A stretch of DNA of 64,000 bases from Chiloscyllium plagiosum. Lineage: Eukaryota. Below, in pieces: positions 23,871 through 37,491 of this stretch; the first letter of the stretch is position 1, and every line of letters begins with the position of its first letter. The notes beneath the pieces were generated by a model. The model did not search any database. It was given only the letters and a program-made list of their open reading frames with translations, and was not told the origin of the DNA. Both the position numbers and the translations under genes were made by a program. The stretch lies in contig NC_057751.1 of assembly GCF_004010195.1 (NCBI RefSeq), positions 18,893,891-18,957,890 on the forward strand, read 5' to 3'.

Positions 23871-25345
23871 GTGAGTTTCGTATTTTTAAATGATATGGCT
23901 TTTACTTCACAAGCCTTGCTGCTGTTGGTGTTTCTGGTGTTCATTCTATACACACTATTGGTAAATGCATTACTGTGCTTGAAATTTACTTGCTGTACTG
24001 TGCTGTCTGTAGTGTCCCTGACGAATTTCTGTGTCCCATTATTCGATCTGTAAACCCAAGTTTCTTACTTTCCTTCGTGAGTAATCACTAACTCAATACT
24101 TTAGTATCCATACTGTTGAAGACATTGATCAACGAAAATCATTTTTAGTTGAAACTATCAATGTGTAACCATTGGCATCCTGATGAACCCAAGGCAATGT
24201 GGCAAAACTGAGATTTCACACACTTCAAAATGTTATTCATTCAAAAATGCCTTGCATTGTCCGAATACCTATTCTCACTGCATCCTCCTGAAGTCTCATT
24301 CTAACCTCCTCAAGTGCAAACAGAAAAAGATGGAGCAAAACCAACGGATTTAGAGATACCCAGGGCACCCACCAAAGTTGACAGTTAGACTCTGATCTGA
24401 TTATTCCTCCCATTCTCGAAAGGAATTCCGATATTGCATCATTACATTTTGATGCCGTACCGTCGGCTTTGAAGATGATGTTTAATTGAAACAACGAAAA
24501 AAATGAAATGTGGAAATACGTACCTAAAAATCTAAATTAGGGAATTTTCCTTTGAATACATTGCCCATGTCATTTTCGATAGCTATATTTATGGGTTTGA
24601 AAGATCCTGCCTAAGGTGCAGGATGTATTGTTGCATTGTATTTTTTAGATGATCCATAATGAACCTAATGAGCGTTACTCATGGATGGAATCAATGTTAA
24701 AGCTTTTAGCTGGGATTGAAATAAGTGGGCTATTTTGTCCTGAATTGTGTCAAGTTGTTGAGTGATGCACACATCCAACAAAGTGCGAATTACTTCATCA
24801 CACTCCTGATCAAAGAAAGTGACTGAGTTCCCTGTGCAAGGCGGCAAGCATTCGCTGACAGCTTCTGCTCGAGGAGAGATCAGAGAAAGTCATTTAGTCT
24901 TTTTACAATAGTCGAACACTGGGTCAATAATTACTAGACAGGGTAGAGATTCAGGCTGAACAATGCAAAATCAACCAGCAGTATTCGATAATTTGAGGAG
25001 AAGGAGATCACTGACAACGACACCATGTTACAGGAAAATATAATTTCCAACAAATTTGGGACACTAATTAACTTACTGTTTGCAGTGCTACACCCACACC
25101 TCCTTGTGATTTATAACATTTGCTGCAATATTCGTTACGATTATAAGAAATATTTTAGGCCTACAGCAATGTTTAATTAATCTTATATTTTCACATCATG
25201 CTCAAACTATGTAGTGGTGATCACTGGCTCCAACAGATGACCCTCATTCTGGTGCAAACATTTACACATCTCAATCAGGACTTAGTTAAATTGGTCTGTG
25301 GGGTGTGAGTAAAGTCAATAACTTCATTGTTTGCTTTCTTCACAG

Positions 25346-26247
25346 CTAATGTAATAACAATCGCGATCTTGTCCAAGGGAAAGTGCGGTCTCTCCCAAAA
25401 CATCTCTCACTACCTGGTGGCCATGGCAGTTGCAGATCTCCTGGTTATTATTATTGATCTCATATTGCGACGCATTCCACTTGTCTTTATGGAAGAGCAT
25501 CATTTCTTACAAGTCATCCCTGTGTGTAATATTCATGCTGCCCTTCTTTACGCAGCCACTGACTGTTCTGTCTGGTTCACAGTTAATTTTACTTTTGATA
25601 GATTTGTGGCCATTTGTTGCCCGAATTTGAAATCTAAATTTTGCAATGTTAAAACAACGGCTGTGGGTCTGGCATCAGTGACTGGATTGAGCTGCTTGAA
25701 GAATATTTTCTGGTATTTTATGTTTAAAAGTCAGTATAATCACAGGAACAGACCCTGGTTTTGTTGCTTAAAACCGAATGTCAAGTTTTCTCCAGTCTGG
25801 GGAGCAATTGAGTTACTTCATTACATTTTAACCCCTGGAGTTGCCTTTATTCTCATACTGATTTCCAATATTTTATCGGTCAGACACATTACTATAACCA
25901 GCAAAGCCCGCATGAGACTCCACCATCAGAATAATAGAAAGAGCACAAGAGACCTAGAGTTGAGGAGTCGTAGGAATTCCATCATTTTGATGTTTCTTAT
26001 CTCGGGAAATTTCATTCTCTTATGGTCAGTGTCGATGGTATATTCCATAAATTGGCGAATGGTAATTTTGGGATATGAGTCGATCCACCTACATCCTTTT
26101 GTAATGGAACTGGGGTATATGCTTCAGATGCTCAGTTGCTGCACAAACACCGCGATTTATGTCATCACACATGCGAAATTCAGAGAGCAATTGAAGTATA
26201 TGTTGAACTATCCTTTCATTCCAATTGTCAAATATGTTAAACATTAA
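25346..26247 (+). CDS. GPR139/GPR142-like class A GPCR, coding exon 2 (end of TM1 to C-terminus); spliced product about 370 aa
   Basis: tttcttcacag|ct acceptor matches phase 1; open frame with LVAMAVADLL (TM2), FTFDRFVAICCP (TM3), CCTNTAIY (TM7); stop TAA ends at 26247. Confidence 0.88.
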
Positions 26248-27359
26248 GTCGGACAAAAAAGCTGCACCACCAGAAATCAATTCTGCACTCATTTTTGTCC
26301 AATGACCACTCCTTAGTTTCCAGTCTGCAAAAAGATTTGGATTAATGCTATATCTCCCATACCTGTGACTTCGTGTCTCTATTTTCGAATTCCTATCTAT
26401 GCCTATGCACTTCTTTGTTTTGTTATTTATCTAAGTGTGTGCGTTTGAATGAGTATTTGCAGAAGAAAGTTAGGTCAAGAATCAGGTGTAGTAGCAGCTG
26501 CACGACTTAAGAGTGATCATAACATGACAAAATTTCACATTTGAGGGTGAAACCATGGACATGAACATGATACTTTAAAATTGCAAAATAGAAATATAGA
26601 CCCATAAATGCACAAATGCGTGCCATAGATTAAAAAGCAAGTGATAAGTTAACATGGAAAATAAGCAGTATCAGACATTTCTTAATTGCCAAAAGGAATG
26701 CATGTTACCGAGACACTCATTGTTGGATATATAATCTGTGACTAACTTTGTAACGTAAGGATCATATCAGCGTGAATGAAACTGTGGACAATGCTTCGAG
26801 ACTTACGAGTAGAAGTTTTTGTTTAAAAATTAACAATCAATGGCAAAAAAGAGAGGGAGCAAAAAATGCAAACTAGCAGGAAATAGTTTTGAAAAGAAGA
26901 TGATAAGTGCTTCTATAAGGTAAGAGAAATGATGAGAGTAGATAAAGCATATGTTCAACATGGAGTGGTTGGAACTGTAGACGTAAAATGGTAAAGGAGG
27001 TAATGGTGTATAGGTGTTGATCAAATATGGTGTTTCTGCCTTTATGTATGAACTGCCCAAAACATTAGAAATTCAGGCATCAAATCAGAAGGAAGGACCG
27101 AAAACAATCATTTTTGCTGTCTTTCATTGTAGTGAAAGACATTTAGTGCAAGTGTCTGGGAATGAAGCAGGATAAGGGCCGACAGAATGATTCTCTGTTG
27201 AATAGTCAATGCAAACATCATAGTTCGAACAGTCCTTCTGTTCTGTAGAAGTTCTTTGCTTCAGTGCTAAAGGCTGAACCAGCCTCATCAACTCCTGTCA
27301 CTGATCATGAATCCACCTCCCATCGAGTGTCTTCAATCTCCCACTCATGGTCCTGCATC

Positions 27360-28560
27360 TGGAGATTATTCTTGGACAAAAAGACCGAGGAGTCCGGGTG
27401 CATAATTCATTGAAAGTGGAGTTGCGGATAGTCAGAATAATGAAGAATACTTGCCTTAATTGGTTCGAATGCTTGCCTTAACTGGTTAGTACATAGAGTC
27501 ATAGAGATGTACAGCATGGAAACATACCCTTCGGTCCAACCCGTCCATGCCGACCAAATATCCCAACCCAATCTAGTCCCACCTGCCAGCACCAGGCCCA
27601 TATCCCTCCAAACCCTTCCTATTCATATACCCATCCAAATGCCTCTTAAATGTTGTAATTGTACCAGCCTCCACCACTTCCTCTGGCAGCTCATTCCATA
27701 CACGTACCACCCTCTGTGTGAAAAAGTTGCCCCTTAGTTCTCTTTTATATCTTTCCCCTCTCACCCTAAACCCGTGCCCTCTAGTTCTGGATTGCCCCAC
27801 CCCAGGGAAAAGACTTTGTCTATTTATCCTATCCATGCCCCTCATAATTTTTTAAAACTCTATAAGGTCTCCCCTCAGCCTCCAACGCTCCAGGGAAAAC
27901 AGCCCCAGCCTGTTCAGCCTCTCCCTGTAGCTCAGATCCTCCAACCCTGGCAACATCCTTGTAAATCTTTTCTGAACCCTTTCAAGTTTCACAACATCTT
28001 TCCGATATGTTGGGTTGTCATGTTATATTTGCACAGGGAATTGGTTAGGCCACTTTCTGATTACTGCATGCAATTCTGCTCGCTCTGCTGTAGGAAATAT
28101 GTTCCTAAACTTGAGAGAGAAAAGAAAAGGTTTACAATGATGTGATCAGGACTACACATTGAAACAGAGGGAGGGGCAGAAGAGAGTGGGGCACTTTCCT
28201 GTGGAGCGTGGAAGTTGAGGCATTGATTTTTCATGAGTTGCGTGGAAGTCGTTTTACCAAGAGTGGGTGAGTACAAAATTAGAAGGAATGTGTCCAAGGT
28301 GAAATATTTTAAAAAGTCATGGGATGTAAATTGTTTAGTGAGAGGTTGGTGTTTGTGTAGGATGAGTTCCCAGAAGAAGTGGTGTAGGCAGGTAAAATTG
28401 CAACACTTGAAAAGCACCTGGATGGATGGAAGAATAGAGAGGACTTTAACAGATATAGGTAAAATACAAATAAATGGGATTAGATTAGACTGGGTTATCT
28501 CGTTGACCTGCATGAGTTGGAACGAAGGATCCGTTTCCATGCTTTATGACTCTATTACTC
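27360..28560 (+). mobile_element. Old CR1 3' end interrupted by a younger antisense CR1 copy
   Basis: Pieces 27360-27490 and 28008-28560 are colinear RT C-terminus (ELVRPLSDYCMQF). Confidence 0.7.
27492..28007 (-). mobile_element. Young CR1/HER1-type LINE 3' end
   Basis: Minus ORF MRGMDRINRQSLFP...RTRGH...FFTQRVVRVWNELP; tail (atgactct)n reversed. Confidence 0.9.
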
Positions 28561-29092
28561 TATCCGTGTCCATACTCACTTGGCCCTCTTTTCTGCTGCA
28601 CTACCCCTTTCCCTTCGATCACTTCGTTCTTTCGTGACCCCTTTTCCTATTCTTCACTTCTCCCAATTCTCTCCCCACTTGTACTTTCCTTCAAACTTAC
28701 AATGGCTTTTGGCTTCATCCCAACATCCATTTGTTCTCTGTTCCCTGCTTCCCGGCGGCACCTCCCCCCCCCCCCTCCACATGACCTCATCAGCATCTCC
28801 ACACATCCCCCTCCTCATCGCCCAAGTAGAATGTCATTGAGAACCAGAATCAGCAGAAAATGTGGAACAAAAATCACAAATATGATGATGCAATGTCATC
28901 ACAGGCGTGGGAGGTTGCATAATAACAAGCAACAGGAACCCCTTGTGCTAAATAGCCTTTTTCTATGCTCTCTGACGTGAAGTTTGCTGGATTGCACTGG
29001 ATTATTGCTGTGGAACTTGCAAACAGGTAGTAGTCAGGGTCCATGAGCAGCCAATGAGATGGCAAAATATTTTATCAGGGCAACATGCTAAC

Positions 29093-32000
29093 ATAGAGTC
29101 ATGGAGATGTACATCACGGAAACAGACCACTCGATCCATCACATCCATGCCTAACGGATGTCCCCCCTTCCCCCCCCCCCCCCAATCTATTCCCATTAAC
29201 ACTTGGGCCATATCTCTCTAAACCCTTTCTACTCATATACCCATCGAGATACCCAATAATTGTTGCAATTGTACCAGCCTCTACCACTTCCTCTTGCAGC
29301 TCATTCCACCCACTGTTTGAATATGTTGCCCTTTAAGTCCATTTTATATCTTTGCCCTCTCATCTAAACCTTAACCCTCTAGTTCTGGACTCCTCCAACC
29401 CTGGGAAAAGACTTATCATATCCATACCCATCATGATTTTATTAACATGTATGAGGTCACCCATCAGCCTTCGACACTCCAGGGAAAACAGCCCTGGCCT
29501 ATTCAGCCTCTCCCTTCAGCTCAAATCTTCCAACCTTGGCAACATGTTTGTTAAGCTTTTATGAGCCCTTTCAAGTTTCATAATCCTTCCGATAGGAAGG
29601 AGACCAGAATTGCATGAAATATTCCAAAAGTGGCCTAACCAACGTCCTCTGCATCTGCAATATGACCTCCCAACTCCTCTACTAAATGCTTTGACCAATT
29701 GAGGAAAGCATACCGAACGTCTTCTTCACCATCTTGTCGACCTGCGACTCCATTTTCCAGGAGCTATGAACCTGCATTCCAAGGTCTCTTTCTTCAGAAT
29801 CACTCCCTCGGACATTATCATTAAGTGTAGAAGTCGTGCTAAGATACACTTTCCCAAAATGCAGTACCTCCCATTTATCTAAATTAAACTCCATCTGCCA
29901 CATCTCAGCCCATTGGCCATTCTGATGAAGATCCAGTTATAATCTGAGGTAACTGTCTTCGCTGTACTCTACACCTTCAAATTCAGTGTCATCAGCAAAA
30001 TTACAAACTGTACCTCATATGTTCATATCCAAATCTTTGATATAAAAGACGAAAAATAGTGGACCCAGCACAGATCTTTGTGGCACTCCACTGCTCACAG
30101 TTGTCCAGTCTGCAAAACAACCGTCCACCACCACCCTCTGTCTTCTACCTTCGAGCCAATTCTGAATCCAAATGGTTAGCTTCCCTGTATTCCATAAGAT
30201 CTAACTTTGTGAAACGGTTTCCCATGGGGAACCTTGTCGAACGCCTTACTGAAGTCCATATAGATCACATCCACAAATAAAAATGCGGAATATAGGTTTA
30301 ACGGTAGGGTTCTTAGTAAGGTGGAGGAGCAGAGGGATCTTGGGGTCTATGTTCATAGATCTTTGAAAGTTGCCACTCAGGTGGAGAGAGCTTGTAAGGA
30401 GGCCTATGGTGTATTAGCGTTCATTAGCAGAGGGATTGAATTCAAGAGTCGTAAGGTGATGTTGCAGCTGTACAGAACATTGGTAAGGCCACATTTGGAG
30501 TACTGTGTGCAGTTCTGGTCGCCTCATTTTGGGAAAGATGTGGAAGCTTTGGAGAGGGTGCAGAGAAGATTTACCAGGATGTTGCCTGGAATGGAGAATA
30601 GGTCGTACGAGGATAGGTTGAGAGTGCTAGGCCTTTTCTCATTGGAACGGCGAAGGATGAGGGGTGACTTGATGGAGGTTTATAAGATGATCAGAGGAAT
30701 AGATAGAGTAGGCAGTCAGAGACTTTTTCCCCGGGTACAACAGTGTTACAAGGGGACATAAATTTAAGGTGAGGGGTGGAAGGTATAGGTGGGATGTAAG
30801 GGGTAGGTTCTTTACCCAGAGAGTGGTGTGGTCATGGAATGCGCTGCCTGTGGGAGTGGCAGAGTCAGAATCATTGGTGATCTTTAAGTGGCAATTGGAT
30901 AGGGATAGGTGCTTAAGCTAGGACAAATGTTCGGCACAACATCGTGGGCCGAAGGGCCTGTTCTGTGCTGTATTATTCTATGTTCTATGTTCACCCCTCT
31001 GACCTCATCAGCCACCTTTGTAACTTTTTTAAAAATCTCAGTCAAATTTGTGAGAAATTATTTCCCATGCACAGAGTCATGTTCACTATCCCTAATCAGT
31101 CCTTGCCTTTCCAAGTAAGTGCAAACACTTGTCTGTCAGGAGTCTATCCAACAACCTGCCCAGCACCAACGTGAGGCTCACTGTGTAAAAATGGCTTGTC
31201 CTTACCACCTTCCTTAATTACTGGCAACATATTAACTTATCTCCACTCATCTGGCACCTCACCTGTGACTATCAATGATACAAGTACCACAGCAAGAGGC
31301 CCAACAATCACTTCTCTAGCTTCCCATAGGTTACACCTGATCAGGTCCTGTGGATTTATCCACCTTGATGCGTTTCCAGATATCCAGCGCTTCCTTCTCT
31401 GTAATAAGAATATTTTCAAGATGTCACCATTTATTTCCCAAAATTCAATATCTCCCATGCTCTTCTCCACAGTAAAATTCTCGTTTACTATCTCCCCCAT
31501 CTCCTGCTGCTCCACACAGAGGCTTCCTTGGTGATCTTTGAGGTGCCCTATTTTCTCCCTGTTTACCCATTTGTCCTTAACGTAGTTGTAATAACCCTTT
31601 GGATCCACCTTAACCCTATTTGCCAACATGTCCACTTTTTGCCTCCTGATTTCCCTCTTAAATATACTTACCTGACATATAGTTCTTTTTTTCTGGATCA
31701 AACCCTCAATTTCTCCAGTCATCCAGAAATCCCTACATCTGTCAGCCTTTCCTTTCACTCTAATAGGACGCTCATTTTCCTATTTCTGAAGGCATCCCAT
31801 TTTCCAGCCTTCTTTCCGCTGCAAACATCTGCCTCCAATCAGCTTTAGAATGTTCTTGCTTAATATCGTCAAAATTAACCCTCTTCCAATTTAGAACTTG
31901 AACTGTCAGATCTGGTCAATCCTTTTCCAACACTATTTTAATACTAATACAATTATGGTCGCTGGCCCCAAAGTGCTCTCCCATTGACACCTCAGTACCC

Positions 32001-32130
32001 TGCCCTGTTTTATTTCCCAAGAGTAGGTCAAATTCTGCACCTTCTGTAGGTGCGTCCACATACAGAACCGAAAAATGTTCTGGTACACTCGTAACAAATT
32101 CCACTCGGTCGAAACGCTTAACACTATGGA
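29093..32130 (-). mobile_element. CR1 LINE ORF2 (EN-RT-3' end), split by a + strand CR1 at 30276-30990
   Basis: Minus ORFs WQMEFNLDKWEVLHFG; PTEGAEFDLLLGN...HFGASDHN. Confidence 0.8.
30276..30990 (+). mobile_element. Young CR1 LINE 3' end
   Basis: ORF 30321..30761 [19 protein letters not shown]...RGDLMEVYK; (tatgttc)n tail. Confidence 0.9.
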
Positions 32131-32519
32131 ATTAGGAGCCAGAGTAAATCATTGTACCAAGGTGAGTTGGTGCAGTATCAAGGTGAATGAAACTGATCAA
32201 TGAAGCTGACCTCTTTAAATATGTTCATTTTAAAACAGCAATTGACTTTTTTTTTCAAAAAAAGAGGAAAAATGTAGAATAAAAATATAAGCCGGCAAGC
32301 AGCGCTTCAAAAAGATGATAAAGACTTATTCAAGGTTAGATAAAAGGCTGACAGGAACTGTCAGTAACATTAATGCCTGAGTGAGTGGGCCTCAGGAATT
32401 AACAATGATAAAGGAGGAAATGGCGTCACCATTGAACAAATACTTTGCATTTTTGTTTACAGATGAAAGTATGAAAAAATGCCAAAAATTGTAGAAAATT
32501 GGCCAAAAAATTTGAATTG

Positions 32520-32990
32520 TTTGATTGATTGATTTATTGCCACGGGTAACAAGAACAGTGAAAAGCTTTGTTGACGAGTTATACAGACAGATCGCAGCAA
32601 TCAAAGATGCACAGAACAAAATATTTAGACAGAGGCAAACAGAATACATTGTACAGGGGTTATAAGAGAGATCAACACTAATATGATCAGCACTATTTAA
32701 GGCTAGAGAGCCCATTCGATAGTTTAATAATAGCAGGGAAGAAACCTTGCCTGAATCTGCTGGTACGTATGCTCCTGTACGTTTCGCCAGACAGAGAAGT
32801 TATGGAGATCATAATTGGGGTGCGAAGGGCAGTTGATGATTTTGGCAGGTCATCAGGGAGCTGACAAAAATGGAGTCCATGGATGGAAAATTGCCTCCCG
32901 TGATAGCGTGGGCTGTGCACGCCACCTTTTGTAGTTTCCTAGGTTGTGGGCAGAGGAGTTATTGTACAAGGGCGTTATGCACCAGGACTG
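32520..32990 (-). mobile_element. Rex1/Babar-like LINE 3' end
   Basis: Minus ORF ends SLSGETYRSIRTSRFRQGFFPAIIKLSN; aataaatcaatcaatcaa tail on minus strand. Confidence 0.55.
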
Positions 32991-33178
32991 CATCGAAGAG
33001 GGATCAGGGACTGCAAACAATTATCACAAGTGAACAGCATGTGTATTGCAATGAAGTACACGCATTGCAAGAGTGTTGGAGCAAAACAGGAGATTAGGAC
33101 TCGGTAATGATACACTGTTAAACAGCCAGTGCAGGTAAAATGGCCCAAATTACCTATGTCTGTGTCATTATGTGTGAC

Positions 33179-33343
33179 AGGTCAGGCAGCATCCAAGTAA
33201 CAGGAGAATCGACGTTTCGGGCATAAGTGGCTTATGCCCGAAACGTCGATTCTCCTGTTCCTTGGATGCTGCCTGACCTGCTGCGCTTTTCCAGGAACAC
33301 ATTTTCAGCTCTGATCTCCAGCATCTGCAGCCCTCACTTTCTC
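33179..33343. mobile_element. Palindromic pLTR-derived mini-element (Penelope family B) with 14-bp TSD
   Basis: 50-bp inverted arms 33178-33227 and 33231-33280 (one mismatch); TSD tcattatgtgtgac at 33165-33178 and 33344-33357. Confidence 0.88.
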
Positions 33344-33480
33344 TCATTATGTGTGACGTCTATCTGCATATAGGTTGAGCAAATAAATTAGTCATACTTA
33401 TGTACACAGAATGATTTTCTGGGTCAACACTTTGATGAAATAACTAGAGAACTGGTTACATCAGTGAAAGTATTCTCCAA

Positions 33481-33798
33481 TTAGATTAGATTAGATTACA
33501 TTACAGTGTGGAAACAGGCCCTTCGGCCCAACAAGTCCACACCGACCCGCCGAAGCGCAACCCACCCATACCCCTACATTTACCCCTTACCTAACACTAC
33601 GGGCAATTTAGCATGGCCAATTCACCTGACCTGCACATCTTTGGACTGTGGGAGGAAACCGGAGCACCCGGAGGAAACCCACGCAGACACGGGGAGAACA
33701 TGCAAACTCCACACAGTCAGTCGCCTGAAGCGGGAATTGAACCCGGGTCTCAGGCGCTGTGAGGCAGCAGTGCTAACCACTGTGCCACCGTGCCGCCC
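33481..33798 (-). mobile_element. HE1/V-SINE-type tRNA-derived SINE, full length
   Basis: Reverse complement starts gggcggcacggtggcacagtggttagcac (A box), has ggttcaattccc (B box), the V-domain core and an (aatct)n tail. Confidence 0.9.
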
Positions 33799-33829
33799 AA
33801 CAATGAAAAATGAATAATTAGTATTGTAG

Positions 33830-36445
33830 TTCTGAGATATACATTAGCTCTTGGTGTGATTTGGCGATGTTAGATTGGGAAATTTTATTGAAAGGGATGA
33901 CAGTGGATCGGCAAAGGCGATCAAAGAGTGAATGGGTGCTCTAGAATAACTGCATATTTCCATGTGGATCAAGAGTTCAAGGAGAATTGAATCCAAACCA
34001 TGTCTTACAAGGGAAGTTAGACATAGCCTTTGACCAAAAGGAGGCATACAAATTGGTAAGAATAATAACAGATATGAAAACTAGAAAGAATTGTGGAAGG
34101 TGGACCGAGAAATTGATCAATGAGTATTAGAGTAAGTTTTCAGGCAATCTCAGAAATGTCTGTACAAGTTTGTACCAATGTTTAAAAACAGAAGCTGGAA
34201 GTAACTAATGGAGCTTGCTTATAATCATAGTTTTCATAGTTGAAGGATAAAGTAGAACTTTTAGGACTGAGTTGAGGAGAAATGTCTTCACCCAGAATGT
34301 GGTAAACTTATGGAATTCATTAGTCTAGGTAATTGTTGAAACTAAAACATTAGGTGTTTTGGAGATAGATATAACTCTTGTGCACAAAGAGGTTATTTGA
34401 TATGGGTGCAGTCGGGAATAGCGCATCAGCAAACATCTAATGAATGCTTTAGCAGATTCAAGGCCATCTCCTGCTCCTACGTCCTATGCCAGAACGTTAA
34501 GGGCTTAGGTAAAGGGGATTTTGTTAAGTGCATTCAGGCGAGGTTCCTCAAGCAGTATATAGAGAATCCTACTTGGGAAGGGGCAAAACGCGGCCTATTC
34601 TTGGGAAATAGGGCAAGCAATGTGCCTAAGGCAACAGTGATAGAGCACTTTGGGTAGCCATAGGTCTATTAATCTTAAAATAGTTATGGAGAGGGACAAA
34701 ACTAATCCTCAAATTGACGTTCTAAATTTTAGCCGGGCGAACTTTAATGGAATAATACAGGAGCTTGCAAATGTTGATTGGAGTTTTTTTTGCAGGCTTA
34801 GATACTTCTGACAAATGGGAAGCCTTTGAGAGTGAGATAGGCAGAATTTAAGGTCTATATGTTCCTGTGAAGGTGAAAGGCAAGGTTGACAGGAATAGGG
34901 AACCCTGGGTGACAAGATATCTTCAAGCTTTCACGAGATAAAAAGGAGGAGGTATGGCTCAGGTCCAGGTAGCTGGGATTAGGGGAGTCCCTGGAGGTAT
35001 ATAAGGGATACTGGAGTTTACTGAAGAAGGAAGGCAGGAGAGTGAAAAGGGGACACGAGATAACTTTGGCTGAGAAGATTACAGTGAATCAAAAGACGTC
35101 CTTTAATAATATTAAAGGGAGAATAATAACTAGAGAGAGAATCGGGCGCCTCCAGGACCAAAGTGGACATTTATGTGTAGAACTGCAGGAGATGGTCGAA
35201 GGCATCAATGAACATTTCACCTCTGTGTTTACCATGGAGAAAAAAAGATGAAGACTTGGGAATTTGGGTAGGTTAGTTGTCATACCGAGGGACAGTCCAT
35301 ATCACAGTCGAGGAGTTGTTGTACATATTAGAACGTATGAAAGTGAATGATTCTCCTTTTCTTGACCAGGTATATCAAGGTACACTGCAAAAGACTCGAA
35401 ACATTACTGGGTCCTCGCTAATATTTTTGCATCATCATTAGCCAGGGTGACGTCTCGGAACATTGGAGGGTAGGGAATGTTCAGCCATAAACTGTGGTGC
35501 TGGAAAAGCACAGCAGGTCAGACAGCAGTCGAGGAGCACAATATTGAGTATAAGTCCTTCATCAGGAATGTGTGGGGTAGAGAAGATGGAATCAGAGGTA
35601 AATAGGTGGGTGAGGCTCGGGGTAAGGTAGCTGGAAAGGCGATAGGTAGATGCAGGTAGGAGTGATGATGATAGGTCGGAGAGGAGAGAGAAGCGGATAG
35701 TTGGCACAGATAGTTAGGACAATTCAAGAGTGCCGTGCAGAGTTGGAGGCTGGGATACAGGATTAGGTGGAGGGAAGAGATATGAGAAAGCTGGTGAAGT
35801 CGACGTTGATGCCATGTGATGGAGAGTCCCAAGGCAGAAAATGAGGTGCTTTACGTCTGAAACGTCGACTCTTCCGCTTCCTGAAACTACCTGACCTGCT
35901 ACGCTTTTCCAGCCCAACACCTTTCAACTATATAGGAAGAACGTTATCAAAACGGTAAGAGTGTCGAAGAAATTTACAAGGATGTTGCCTGCATTCAGTG
36001 CTCTGAGTTATAGAGAGATATTTAACAAGCTTGGACTTTTCTCCTTTCGAGCGGAGGAGACTGAGGGTCAATCTTATACAAGTATTTAACATCATGAGAG
36101 GCATGAATAGGGTGAATACACTCAATCTTTTTCCCAGGTTTTGGTAATCACGGACGACAGAGCATCTGCTTAATGTTGGAGGAGATAAAACAAAATGGGA
36201 CCTGAGGAGCAACTGTTTTACACACCGGTTGGTATGCATATGGAATGACCTGCCAGTGGAAATGGTTAAGGTGGGTACGCTAACAACATTTAAAATGAAT
36301 TTGGACACATACATGCATAGGAACGGTTTAGAAGGATATGGGATAAGTGTAGAGAAATGAGTTTAGCATTGTTGAATTTTTTGGTTGGCATGGACCAGTT
36401 TGGGACAAAGGGCCTGTCTCCGTGCTGAAGGACTCTGTGACTCTA
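33830..36445 (+). mobile_element. Decayed CR1 LINE fragments
   Basis: FLKQYIENPTWEGA..LFLGN (EN); RERIGRLQDQSG..INEHFTSVFT; RT 3' end 35930-36445. Confidence 0.7.
35491..35928 (-). mobile_element. Heavily 5'-truncated Penelope family-B copy with inverted pLTR
   Basis: Minus-strand 3' end and pLTR (35491-35850, incl. attcctgatgaagg) joined to a + strand pLTR piece (35851-35928). Confidence 0.75.
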
Positions 36446-37491
36446 CTGCCTCCATTCAGGAAATGAAGGAAACACAAAACAGTTCAAGCATGGACATCAT
36501 AATGCCATTTCTTCCAACAGGGAAACATTGGCATTTATGTAGGAACTGGTGGCATAACCTTTTCAAAAGTGTAATGTAGTCGGGCAGAATATCAGGATTG
36601 ATGAACTGAAGTCTTCTTTCGTATCATCATTTTAGATGATTACAGGACCGTTTAGAAAAGGCGAACGGCTGATGTATTTCCAAACGAACAGTGTGCCATA
36701 AGGTGCCAAATAAAATGTCGGTTTCAGCTAAGCTTTTGAGGTGTTACGTTACTGTATTACAATTGACCAAATAACAGAAAAGACTCAGAACAGGTTGGTG
36801 ATTTTTAGCTTGCCAAACTGTGACCACTATAGTACCATGAGAACGTCACACTTAAATATGAAGAAATTTGATGGAAGGGGAAATTAACTTTAGATACAAG
36901 GAACAGTCTTACAATGGTGAGCTGTCATGAGATGGTACATAGTGCTGAGTAAAGCGTTGGATTTGTCACTCACAAAGGACTTACCTGATTAAAAGTCACT
37001 CTCAGTTTTAAATTATCTTACTGGCCAGGCCTCGATAGTCTTCTGTGGTAAGGATTCATTTCCGTCAGATAGAAGAAACTCCACCTCTTTTCTGACTTCA
37101 ATGTGTGACCCATTAATGTCCTGTTCCCAGACTCTCCCAAAAGGGGAAAAAAAACCCTCCCGTATTTATTCCTGTCAAGTCCTCTAAGAATCACACATGC
37201 TTTCAAAAATGTCATCTCTCATTATAAATTTCAACGAGTGCACTCAATTCCTCTTCATAAGACAGCGCGTCGATACTCGAGTGAATCACCTCTAGACTGC
37301 CCGTACATTGTTCAATACTATTGCTGATCTTTAAATAAATTTAAGAATTCAGTTTTAATTTTCCCATTTTGTTTTGGAGAGGAAGGTTTGCTTGTTGTGC
37401 ATCAAAAGCCCACGTTTTCAGAAGCTGAGTCACATGTGTTCCGCATCCTTACAACTTACCTGGAGCAGCAAACTCCCACTTTTCCTCAGTT

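Noticed and set aside
33700..33798. tRNA-like A and B boxes
   Set aside because: These are SINE heads, not tRNA genes; the same applies to the other SINE copies
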